Positions 1 to 5,710 of a stretch of 24,000 nucleotides of DNA are shown piece after piece (positions within the stretch are counted from its first letter, which is position 1; the number at the start of each line of letters is the position of its first letter). The stretch is from the NCBI RefSeq assembly GCF_000011805.1, contig NC_006841.2. One strand, given 5' to 3'. A program made the position numbers and the translations under genes. The notes under the pieces are model-generated. The model ran no database searches. It was given only the letters and a program-made list of their open reading frames with translations, and was not told the origin of the DNA. Source of the DNA: Aliivibrio fischeri ES114 (GTDB lineage Bacteria > Pseudomonadota > Gammaproteobacteria > Enterobacterales > Vibrionaceae).

Positions 1-351
1 ATGACCAAAATTAATGATCTTGGGGGAGGTGTTTCTACTCAACAATTAAAGAAGTTAGTAGAAACATTGAACGAAAGTGTGCAGGAAAGAAAGAGAATTA
101 ACAAATTGTGCAATGAATACACTGACACCTATAATGACAGTTTCAATATTCAACAGAGCCTATTTGATTTCATTAAGCAAAATTTAAACTCTGATTTTGA
201 AGTAAATAATGATATCGGATCATGTATTTATGAGATAAGGAACAAGTCTTTTCACGAATTTAGAACGTTACGTAATGCCACAAAATTATCATCAATAACA
301 CCGCATGTTTTCGATTATATTCTGCACTTAATTACTAGCTACAAACATTAA
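1..351 (+). CDS. Hypothetical protein with HEPN-like R-N-x3-H motif; reverse-oriented within its cassette; true 5' end may lie outside the window
   Basis: 116-codon ORF starting at base 1. It contains IYEIRNKSFHEF, which fits the Rx4-6H HEPN signature with the typical polar residue (N) after R. A stem-loop follows at 357-388. No other family assignment is possible by eye. Confidence 0.45.
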   Translation: MTKINDLGGGVSTQQLKKLVETLNESVQERKRINKLCNEYTDTYNDSFNIQQSLFDFIKQNLNSDFEVNNDIGSCIYEIRNKSFHEFRTLRNATKLSSITPHVFDYILHLITSYKH

Positions 352-356
352 AAACT

Positions 357-388
357 AAATGCCACATTATCGAAAATATGTGGCATTT
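357..388 (+). terminator. Stem-loop immediately 3' of the 1-351 ORF, abutting an attC
   Basis: AAATGCCACAT (357-367) pairs perfectly with ATGTGGCATTT (378-388) around a 10-nt loop. The U-tract is only the TTT at the stem end, so terminator activity is uncertain. Confidence 0.35.
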
Positions 389-509
389 AACGCCTGCATA
401 ACACGTTTATTACTATGACGACTTAGCAGAATTTTACTGCCTTAAACATCAAACTCAAAGACAAACCTACAATGCCGAATGTAATAAATCGTGTTGATTG
501 CTTTGTTAA
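387..509 (-). repeat. Integron attC site (cassette 13)
   Basis: The plus strand reads TTAACGCCTGCATAACACGTTTATTAC...GTAATAAATCGTGTTGATTGCTTTGTTAA. It is 123 bp, belongs to the same family as the other 12 repeats, and its ends form an imperfect inverted repeat. Confidence 0.88.
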
Positions 510-516
510 ATGCGAT

Positions 517-969
517 TTAAAGTAATCTACAAACTAACCGCAACATATCTTTATGCTGAATACCATTTTCATAGATGTCTTCATCATAATTATCGAGAAA
601 GAAATCTTTTACGATTGAGTCAACTCGAAACCCATGCCGTTGATAAAACGACAATTGATAGCCAAAAGTTCCCGTTCCTAGCTCTACGTTACTGTAGCCA
701 TTCAAAGCTAATTCGTTTAATACAAATTTGAGGAGATTTGAGCCAATACCTTTTTGCTGATATTCCGGAGCTATCGCAATATTGTAGATTTCGGCCACAG
801 AAGAACTAAGCTGCTTACTAATACAAATACCGACTATTTCATGATTTTTAAAAGCACCGAAACAGTCAGAACCATTCAGATACTTATTAATGCATTCTTG
901 AGATGGATCTGCTTCAAGTAATAATTTCATTGGGGCTAAATCTGATGATATTTTTTTAAACTCAATCAA
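517..969 (-). CDS. GNAT family N-acetyltransferase (B. subtilis YvbK-like)
   Basis: 150 aa. It has the acetyl-CoA motif QQKGIGSNLL and the blocks LLLEADPS, GTGTFGYQLSFYQRHGFR and DFFLDNYDEDIYENGIQHKDMLRL, typical of YvbK-type GNATs as I recall them. TTG start with AGAGGA 7 nt upstream. Confidence 0.85.
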   Translation of the reverse strand: MIEFKKISSDLAPMKLLLEADPSQECINKYLNGSDCFGAFKNHEIVGICISKQLSSSVAEIYNIAIAPEYQQKGIGSNLLKFVLNELALNGYSNVELGTGTFGYQLSFYQRHGFRVDSIVKDFFLDNYDEDIYENGIQHKDMLRLVCRLL

Positions 970-999
970 ACCATTTTCCTCTCAAAGTCTTTGAAGCAT

Positions 1000-1122
1000 T
1001 TAACGCCTGCATAACACGTTTGCTACTATGCAGACCTAGCTGAATTTTACTGCCTTAATCACTGAAACTAAAGGCAAACCGACAACGCCGAATGTAGCAA
1101 ATCGTGTTTATGCATTTGTTAT
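1000..1122 (-). repeat. Integron attC site (cassette 12)
   Basis: TTAACGCCTGCATAACACGTTTGCTAC...GTAGCAAATCGTGTTTATGCATTTGTTAT, 123 bp. The TAA stop of the 1119 ORF lies inside its terminal core. Confidence 0.9.
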
Positions 1123-1610
1123 GTGCATTTCTCAAGTGAAGTCAGTTGTAAATAAGAACATTCTAATTTTTCAACAAAGGATTCGCTTATATCAGGAAAT
1201 CCTTTAGTAAACTTCTCAACATATGACACTTTAAAAAGATCATATAAAAAGCTACTTTCTATTTTCGCAACATGAATTGGGGAATAAGGTCTAAAAGAAA
1301 TAATAAAATCATCAAGCTCATCGTCATCAATTAAGTTATATTGATCTCCAGTAATATCAATTACCATCCCCTCAATTTCTATCCAATAATGCGTTATAGA
1401 ACAATTATCAGGACGAGCTCCTCCGACACCTATAATTTCAATATCAGGATAAAGTTTAAGAAAATGATACACAAGAATCATTGATGTCAATTTGCAGCTC
1501 ATTACTGGAAAATCGTCTATTACCAACTCTGTTGCTTCAGGATCACATGATTGAATCAGTTTTCTAAACCTAATAGCTTCATTCAGTATTACATTCCGCT
1601 CTATACTCAC
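1119..1610 (-). CDS. Hypothetical cassette protein (163 aa from GTG; ordered Cys...His...Asp residues)
   Basis: The ORF track gives 1119-1628 with an ATG formed by the attC junction (GTTATG). A strong AAGGAGG lies 4 nt before an in-frame GTG at 1610, so 1610 is the preferred start. No family recognised. FPVMSCKLTS ... SITHYWIEIEG ... IDITGDQ resembles a papain/transglutaminase-like Cys-His-Asp order (inference only). Confidence 0.6.
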   Translation of the reverse strand: MSIERNVILNEAIRFRKLIQSCDPEATELVIDDFPVMSCKLTSMILVYHFLKLYPDIEIIGVGGARPDNCSITHYWIEIEGMVIDITGDQYNLIDDDELDDFIISFRPYSPIHVAKIESSFLYDLFKVSYVEKFTKGFPDISESFVEKLECSYLQLTSLEKCT

Positions 1611-1626
1611 ATTGCCTCCTTTGCAC

Positions 1627-1749
1627 ATAACGCCTGCATAACACGTTTGCTACGATACAGACTTACCTGAATTTTACTGCCTTAATCACTGAAACTAAAG
1701 GCAAACTGACAACGCCGAGTGTAGCAAATCGTGTTGATGCATTTGTTAT
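1627..1749 (-). repeat. Integron attC site (cassette 11)
   Basis: ATAACGCCTGCATAACACGTTTGCTAC...GTAGCAAATCGTGTTGATGCATTTGTTAT, 123 bp. The stop of the 1746 ORF lies inside its terminal core. Confidence 0.9.
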
Positions 1750-2633
1750 ATTGCTGGTCTATGGTCTTCTTTGTTAGGAGGGATCATTGCTGATGTCCAT
1801 TTTAATATTACTGATAATCCATTCCAATTTCGCAGTCTTTCTTGATAAAGAAGTTCAGTAACATAATTACTTAATTTTTCGTCATCAAGCTCAGGGTTAA
1901 GATTATTTTCTTTAATAACATGAAATAATGCTGTCGCTCTTTTTTTACGAAACTTAACATCAGATTTATGAGAAAAAAGAGAAACCGCAGGCATAATAAA
2001 CATACCTGTAACCACAACTACAATAAGAACAAAACTAAGCATAAACAACACTAACCAAGAAGTAGTTTTAATTGAATCTCGACTACTTGAAGGACTATTA
2101 TCTATGTCATATTCTCTAGTATCAATACCAATTGCAGACACTTTTACTTTGGGTTCTTCTGTTCCTTCAAAAAGAAGCCGCAATTGTAATCCCGGTTCAG
2201 GTCCATCAACTCGATTAATTGCTTGAGCAATAAAATTGAAATAGTATTTGTTACCATCAAATACCATTTTCTTTGTTTGTATAACAGAGTCTGTCGTTTC
2301 GTGCTCACCTACTACCGCATGTGCTAATACCTTAAATTCTTTTACATTTTCTGGCTCTATAATTATAGTCACTGGCAGGTCAAGTAAATCTTTAGTCGAA
2401 AAGTTAACCAACGATACATACATGATGCCAATCTTTTCTTTTTCTGCATTATTAACGATTAGTCTTATTTCATCATCAGGAAACTTAGGCTTTGAGAAAT
2501 AATTACTTTCAAATTTCTTATGGATATCTAATTTTGGAACTTTAACTTGCTCCAAATATAGTAAATAACCAATCACCGCAGTAAAAATTGCAGTTAAAGT
2601 ACAAGAGAAAACGACTCTCCATATTCCATTCAT
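1746..2633 (-). CDS. Hypothetical two-pass membrane protein (295 aa)
   Basis: It fills its cassette. N-terminal TM (VVFSCTLTAIFTAVIGYLLYL), a ~160-aa beta-rich middle domain, a second TM (WLVLFMLSFVLIVVVVTGMFIMPAV) and a ~80-aa helical C-terminal tail. AAGGAG lies 10 nt upstream of the ATG. No recognisable family. Confidence 0.7.
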   Translation of the reverse strand: MNGIWRVVFSCTLTAIFTAVIGYLLYLEQVKVPKLDIHKKFESNYFSKPKFPDDEIRLIVNNAEKEKIGIMYVSLVNFSTKDLLDLPVTIIIEPENVKEFKVLAHAVVGEHETTDSVIQTKKMVFDGNKYYFNFIAQAINRVDGPEPGLQLRLLFEGTEEPKVKVSAIGIDTREYDIDNSPSSSRDSIKTTSWLVLFMLSFVLIVVVVTGMFIMPAVSLFSHKSDVKFRKKRATALFHVIKENNLNPELDDEKLSNYVTELLYQERLRNWNGLSVILKWTSAMIPPNKEDHRPAI

Positions 2634-2668
2634 CGATTTTAAACTCCTTCTATAATCTCAAGAGCAAT

Positions 2669-2771
2669 ATAACGCCACAATAACACGTGCGAAAGACTGA
2701 CTTACAAAACCAATTATACTCCAAACCGCGAATGCCGAATGTAAATAGCATCGTGTTGATTGCTTTGTTAT
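2669..2771 (-). repeat. Integron attC site, short 103-bp subtype (cassette 10)
   Basis: ATAACGCCACAATAACACGTGCGAAAG...GTAAATAGCATCGTGTTGATTGCTTTGTTAT. It has the same terminal cores as the other attC sites but a shorter, different centre. Its closest relative is the attC at 5608-5710. Confidence 0.85.
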
Positions 2772-3230
2772 ACGAGCCTTGCTTTCGCTCCAATTAACTT
2801 GGTAAAGAACTGATTTACCAAGATTTGCTGTAAACTGAGTTTAATTAGACTGGCTCAATTAAGCGAGCAAAATATCCAACCAACAACAATAATTGTGAAA
2901 CGAAACAATCCCTTTTTCTTACACTATTTGTACGATTTGGTTTCATCAACTTCTGAGCTAATAAACCAAATATCCTAACCACAATTGGGATTGAAAATGC
3001 TGCGAGGAAAACACTGATGCAGGCTAAAATGAGGCAAAACCATGAACAATTGAAGCGTAAATTAGTTTCTGAAACGCCTGAATTTGGGGCAATAATAGTT
3101 CAATGCCGAACCTGATGAAACGAACACTAAAAGGCAACAAAGAAAAAGGAAAACCACCTTACTTTCACACCTAAAAAACTAATGGTTCAATCGCTGAACT
3201 GAACCAAAAAACTGCATTCTCAGAGTTCGT
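2772..3230 (-). other. ORF-less integron cassette, paralog A (candidate structured non-coding element)
   Basis: 459 bp between two attC sites with no track ORF. It is alignable along its length to 5711-6168, with substitutions and indels. Conserved hairpins at 2798-2822, 2935-2971 and 3184-3205. Confidence 0.6.
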
Positions 3231-3351
3231 ATAACGCCTGCATAACACGTTTGCTACCGTGCAGATTAAGATCAAATTTACCACTTAAAACAGTAAACTC
3301 AAAGAAACCTAGAATGCCGAGTGTAGCAAATCGTGTTGATGCATTTGTTAT
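3231..3351 (-). repeat. Integron attC site (cassette 9)
   Basis: ATAACGCCTGCATAACACGTTTGCTAC...GTAGCAAATCGTGTTGATGCATTTGTTAT, 121 bp. Confidence 0.9.
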
Positions 3352-3359
3352 GCCTTAAC

Positions 3360-3884
3360 TCAGTAAAGTTTCAATTCTCTTAACAACTTAACTGCTGCAT
3401 CTTTCGGCTGTATATCACTCGTATCTACTGACGCATCGTATTTTATGAAATTATGAACCAATGGATACTCCGATTCAGCTAATCCGATTGCACGATCACC
3501 ACGCGCTAATTCTCGTGCAATACAGACATCTAATCTACACATTACCTTGACTCGAACTACGTTAAATCCACTCAAAGACTTTTCTAGTGCATTAATTTCG
3601 TCTTCATTTATCCAAGCATTATCAATAATAAGTCTACAACCAGCTTCTAATAGTCCTTTAACACAATTATGGTAACCTTCGGTTAATTGCCCATAATCAT
3701 ACCCAGAACGACTTATTGGATCCCCTGCTATCATTCTCCTGAGGTCTGTTGGAGGTAAAGCATATAAAACACTATCAATACTAAAATTTAGATATTGTAT
3801 TGATAATAATTCTTGTAACTCTTTAGCTAAGCTAGTTTTTCCAGAACTTCCTGTTCCATTAAGCAAGATTATATCTGGGTACAT
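3360..3884 (-). CDS. Chloramphenicol phosphotransferase-like (CPT family) P-loop kinase
   Basis: 174 aa. It has the N-terminal Walker A ILLNGTGSSGKTS, plus FSIDS, LIIDNAW and ARELARGDRAIGLAE blocks that mirror the Streptomyces CPT layout as I recall it. AAGGA RBS 8 nt upstream. Confidence 0.82.
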   Translation of the reverse strand: MYPDIILLNGTGSSGKTSLAKELQELLSIQYLNFSIDSVLYALPPTDLRRMIAGDPISRSGYDYGQLTEGYHNCVKGLLEAGCRLIIDNAWINEDEINALEKSLSGFNVVRVKVMCRLDVCIARELARGDRAIGLAESEYPLVHNFIKYDASVDTSDIQPKDAAVKLLRELKLY

Positions 3885-3910
3885 TGTAAGATTCCTTTCT
3901 CAAAAGAGGC

Positions 3911-4033
3911 ATAACGCCGCAATAACACGTTTATTACTACGACAACTTAGCTAAATTTTACTGCCTTAAACACTGAAACCAAAGAGAAACCTACAACGCC
4001 GAATGTAATAAATCGTGTTGATTACTTTGTTAT
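3911..4033 (-). repeat. Integron attC site (cassette 8)
   Basis: ATAACGCCGCAATAACACGTTTATTAC...GTAATAAATCGTGTTGATTACTTTGTTAT, 123 bp. Confidence 0.9.
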
Positions 4034-4138
4034 GCGGCACAAATAAAATTAATTGTGTGGAACCAAGATACTACCCGCAGTTACATTAACCAAAAACGGT
4101 TACGATACTTAAAATTTGCACAAAACTAAGAGAACAGA
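4034..4138 (+). promoter_or_regulatory. Conserved upstream region (putative own promoter/5' UTR) of the reverse-oriented membrane-protein gene
   Basis: This 105 bp differs at only 5 positions from its paralog at 6292-6396. It contains TTAACC-N18-TAAAAT and TTACAT-N18-ATACTT sigma70-like combinations. A gene antisense to the cassette direction cannot use Pc. Confidence 0.35.
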
Positions 4139-4441
4139 ATGGATGCTATTGCTCATTTAATTATCATTTTAGGGAATCCATTTGTATATAAAATTGGACA
4201 TCTAATTATTTCAATTTTAAGCATTGGTAAATTGTCCATTCAACCATTACCAACTAAATTTTCCGCTAATTTTGTGCAAGCGTTTGACGAAGATAAAATC
4301 GTAGAAAGTCAAAATAAACAAAACTACTCAATCTCATATGTAATTGCCCTTACCATTGGTTACGCTGTAACTATAGCTATCTTTGGAACCCTATTATTTT
4401 ATAATATCGATAGTTTTATTGAAGCTCAATCATCGAACTAA
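4139..4441 (+). CDS. Small two-TM membrane protein (100 aa), reverse-oriented in cassette, copy 1
   Basis: Two hydrophobic segments (AHLIIILGNPFVYKIGHLIISILSI and YVIALTIGYAVTIAIFGTLLFY). Compared with the paralog at 6397-6699 there is no indel, 9 silent codon changes and 11 replacements (hand count), consistent with purifying selection. Confidence 0.72.
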   Translation: MDAIAHLIIILGNPFVYKIGHLIISILSIGKLSIQPLPTKFSANFVQAFDEDKIVESQNKQNYSISYVIALTIGYAVTIAIFGTLLFYNIDSFIEAQSSN

Positions 4442-4449
4442 AAACCCGC

Positions 4450-4572
4450 ATAACGCCGCAATAACACGTTTATTACTACGACGACTTAGCTGAATTTTAC
4501 CGCCTTAAACACCTAAACCAAAGACAAACCTACAACGCCGAATGTAATAAATCGTGTTGATTGCTTTGTTAT
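4450..4572 (-). repeat. Integron attC site (cassette 7)
   Basis: ATAACGCCGCAATAACACGTTTATTAC...GTAATAAATCGTGTTGATTGCTTTGTTAT. Positions 4451-4572 are base-for-base identical to 6170-6291. Confidence 0.9.
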
Positions 4573-4632
4573 ATTGCCTATTGATAAACGACATGAAATC
4601 GTTCCAATACAAGAACCATGTCCTCACTAGGC

Positions 4633-5043
4633 TTAATAATTTAACTCTGAACATTCAGCAGCAAAGAAACGCCAATGAGCTTCACGCCACCATTTTAATG
4701 AACAGTCGCCCTCGCCTTCTACATGAGCAAACTCAGCCGTAACTTCGTTATATTTACACGTTTCAACTGAATCAATTTCAATGATACAAATTGGTTTCCC
4801 ATTCCAATCAACGACTACTTGTAAATGACCAACGGTTGGCATTGGTTCTTCACCAGATTCATACCAAACATTTAAGCTACAAGTTGCTGTCTTTTGACCA
4901 ATTCGGATTAATTCTGCGCATAAATTGGCATTATGCTCATCAGCACAGAAATAGTCTGAACTGAATGATTGATACTTTTCACGTTTAATTTCAGAAAGTG
5001 AGCTTAGATACTGATCCAAGTAGATTTGAGACTGTTCTTCCAT
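4633..5043 (-). CDS. ASCH domain protein (YhfF-like, PUA-like fold)
   Basis: 136 aa. Pattern FCADEHNANLCAELIRIGQKTATCSL ... VTAEFAHVEGEGDCSLKWWREAHWRFF is typical of ASCH/YhfF proteins. AGAGGA RBS 4-5 nt upstream. Confidence 0.82.
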   Translation of the reverse strand: MEEQSQIYLDQYLSSLSEIKREKYQSFSSDYFCADEHNANLCAELIRIGQKTATCSLNVWYESGEEPMPTVGHLQVVVDWNGKPICIIEIDSVETCKYNEVTAEFAHVEGEGDCSLKWWREAHWRFFAAECSELNY

Positions 5044-5069
5044 GAAATCCTCTTAACTATTTTCGCAAT

Positions 5070-5190
5070 ATAACACCTGCATAACACGTTTGCTACCATG
5101 CAGATTAAGCTTAAATTTACCACTTAACGCGGCAAACCCAAAGAAATCTAGAATGCCGAATGTAGCAAATCGTGTTGATGCATTTGTTAT
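5070..5190 (-). repeat. Integron attC site (cassette 6)
   Basis: ATAACACCTGCATAACACGTTTGCTAC...GTAGCAAATCGTGTTGATGCATTTGTTAT, 121 bp. Confidence 0.9.
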
Positions 5191-5280
5191 ACGTGTCTAC
5201 TTTAGTTTGAATAAGCATATATACAAAACTTAATATAAATTACATCTTATCACAGCTAAAACAACACAAGAGATATGAAT

Positions 5281-5312
5281 AAAAAAAGGGCTCGATGACT
5301 GGAATCGAACCC
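5281..5312 (-). terminator. Rho-independent terminator (module 1)
   Basis: The minus strand reads GGGTTCGA-ttccagtca-TCGAGCCC followed by TTTTTTT. The 8-bp stem includes a U-G wobble that would be a C-A mismatch if transcribed from the plus strand. Confidence 0.78.
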
Positions 5313-5436
5313 TGAACGTGAAATGCCTGTCTACAGCAGCACAAAAATTATGAGGAGCTCCAGTTTATTACTGGAATCACTCTTAACCAACTGTAAAATA
5401 AGACAGGTTTGTTTTTAACGCTACCCCCCTCGGCAC
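5281..5436 (-). ncRNA. Candidate small RNA module 1 (5' end undefined)
   Basis: No credible ORF. It shares conserved blocks with module 2 (ATTTTACAGTT, GTAATAAA, GTGYTGCTGTAGACARGCATTTCAYGT) and ends in its own terminator. Confidence 0.4.
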
Positions 5437-5471
5437 AAAAAAAAGGGACTCATTGGCTAAAATTGAGTCCC
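5437..5471 (-). terminator. Rho-independent terminator (module 2)
   Basis: The minus strand reads GGGACTCA-attttagccaa-TGAGTCCC followed by TTTTTTTT. The 8-bp stem is perfect. Confidence 0.82.
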
Positions 5472-5607
5472 AGACATGAAATGCTTGTCTACAGCAACAC
5501 ATAAGTAAGGAGTGACTACGATTTTATTACATTGACACTGCCTTACTAACTGTAAAATCAGGTAGGTTACTATTAAATATTTATAATTTGGACGTCATTG
5601 ATTTCGT
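5437..5607 (-). ncRNA. Candidate small RNA module 2 (5' end undefined)
   Basis: Tandem paralog of module 1 with the same conserved blocks but a completely different terminator stem sequence. No credible ORF. Confidence 0.4.
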
Positions 5608-5710
5608 ATAACGCCGCAATAACACGTGCGAACGACTTACTTTCCAAACCAATTATACTTCAAACCACAAACGCCGAGTGTAATTAGCATCGTGTTGATT
5701 GCTTTGTTAC
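5608..5710 (-). repeat. Integron attC site, short 103-bp subtype (cassette 5)
   Basis: ATAACGCCGCAATAACACGTGCGAACG...GTAATTAGCATCGTGTTGATTGCTTTGTTAC. Paralog of the attC at 2669-2771. Confidence 0.85.

Noticed and set aside
3073-3110. Internal AACGCCTG...ATGCCGAA pair inside the ORF-less cassettes as a functional attC
   Set aside because: Only two 8-mers match the attC arms and they lie about 22 nt apart. There are no terminal ATAAC/GTTAT cores or inverted-repeat arms. At best this is a decayed relic.
5296-5312. GGTTCGATTCC on the minus strand resembles a tRNA T-arm (GGTTCGAATCC)
   Set aside because: The flanking bases do not form a 5-bp T-stem, and no acceptor, anticodon or D arms can be drawn. 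The sequence instead forms the 8-bp terminator stem GGGTTCGA/TCGAGCCC followed by a T-run.
5350-5418. 22-codon plus-strand ORF MRSSSLLLESLLTNCKIRQVCF in RNA module 1 as a type I toxin
   Set aside because: The frame and start are not conserved in module 2: the aligned region is shifted by indels and has early stops.
5318-5508. Conserved plus-strand mini-ORFs in the two RNA modules (GTG-KCLSTAAQKL at 5318-5353; MKCLSTATHK at 5476-5508)
   Set aside because: The peptide is only 10-11 codons with no SD. It starts immediately after the terminator hairpin and coincides with a block that is equally well explained as conserved RNA sequence on the other strand. It is kept as an alternative to test, not called.
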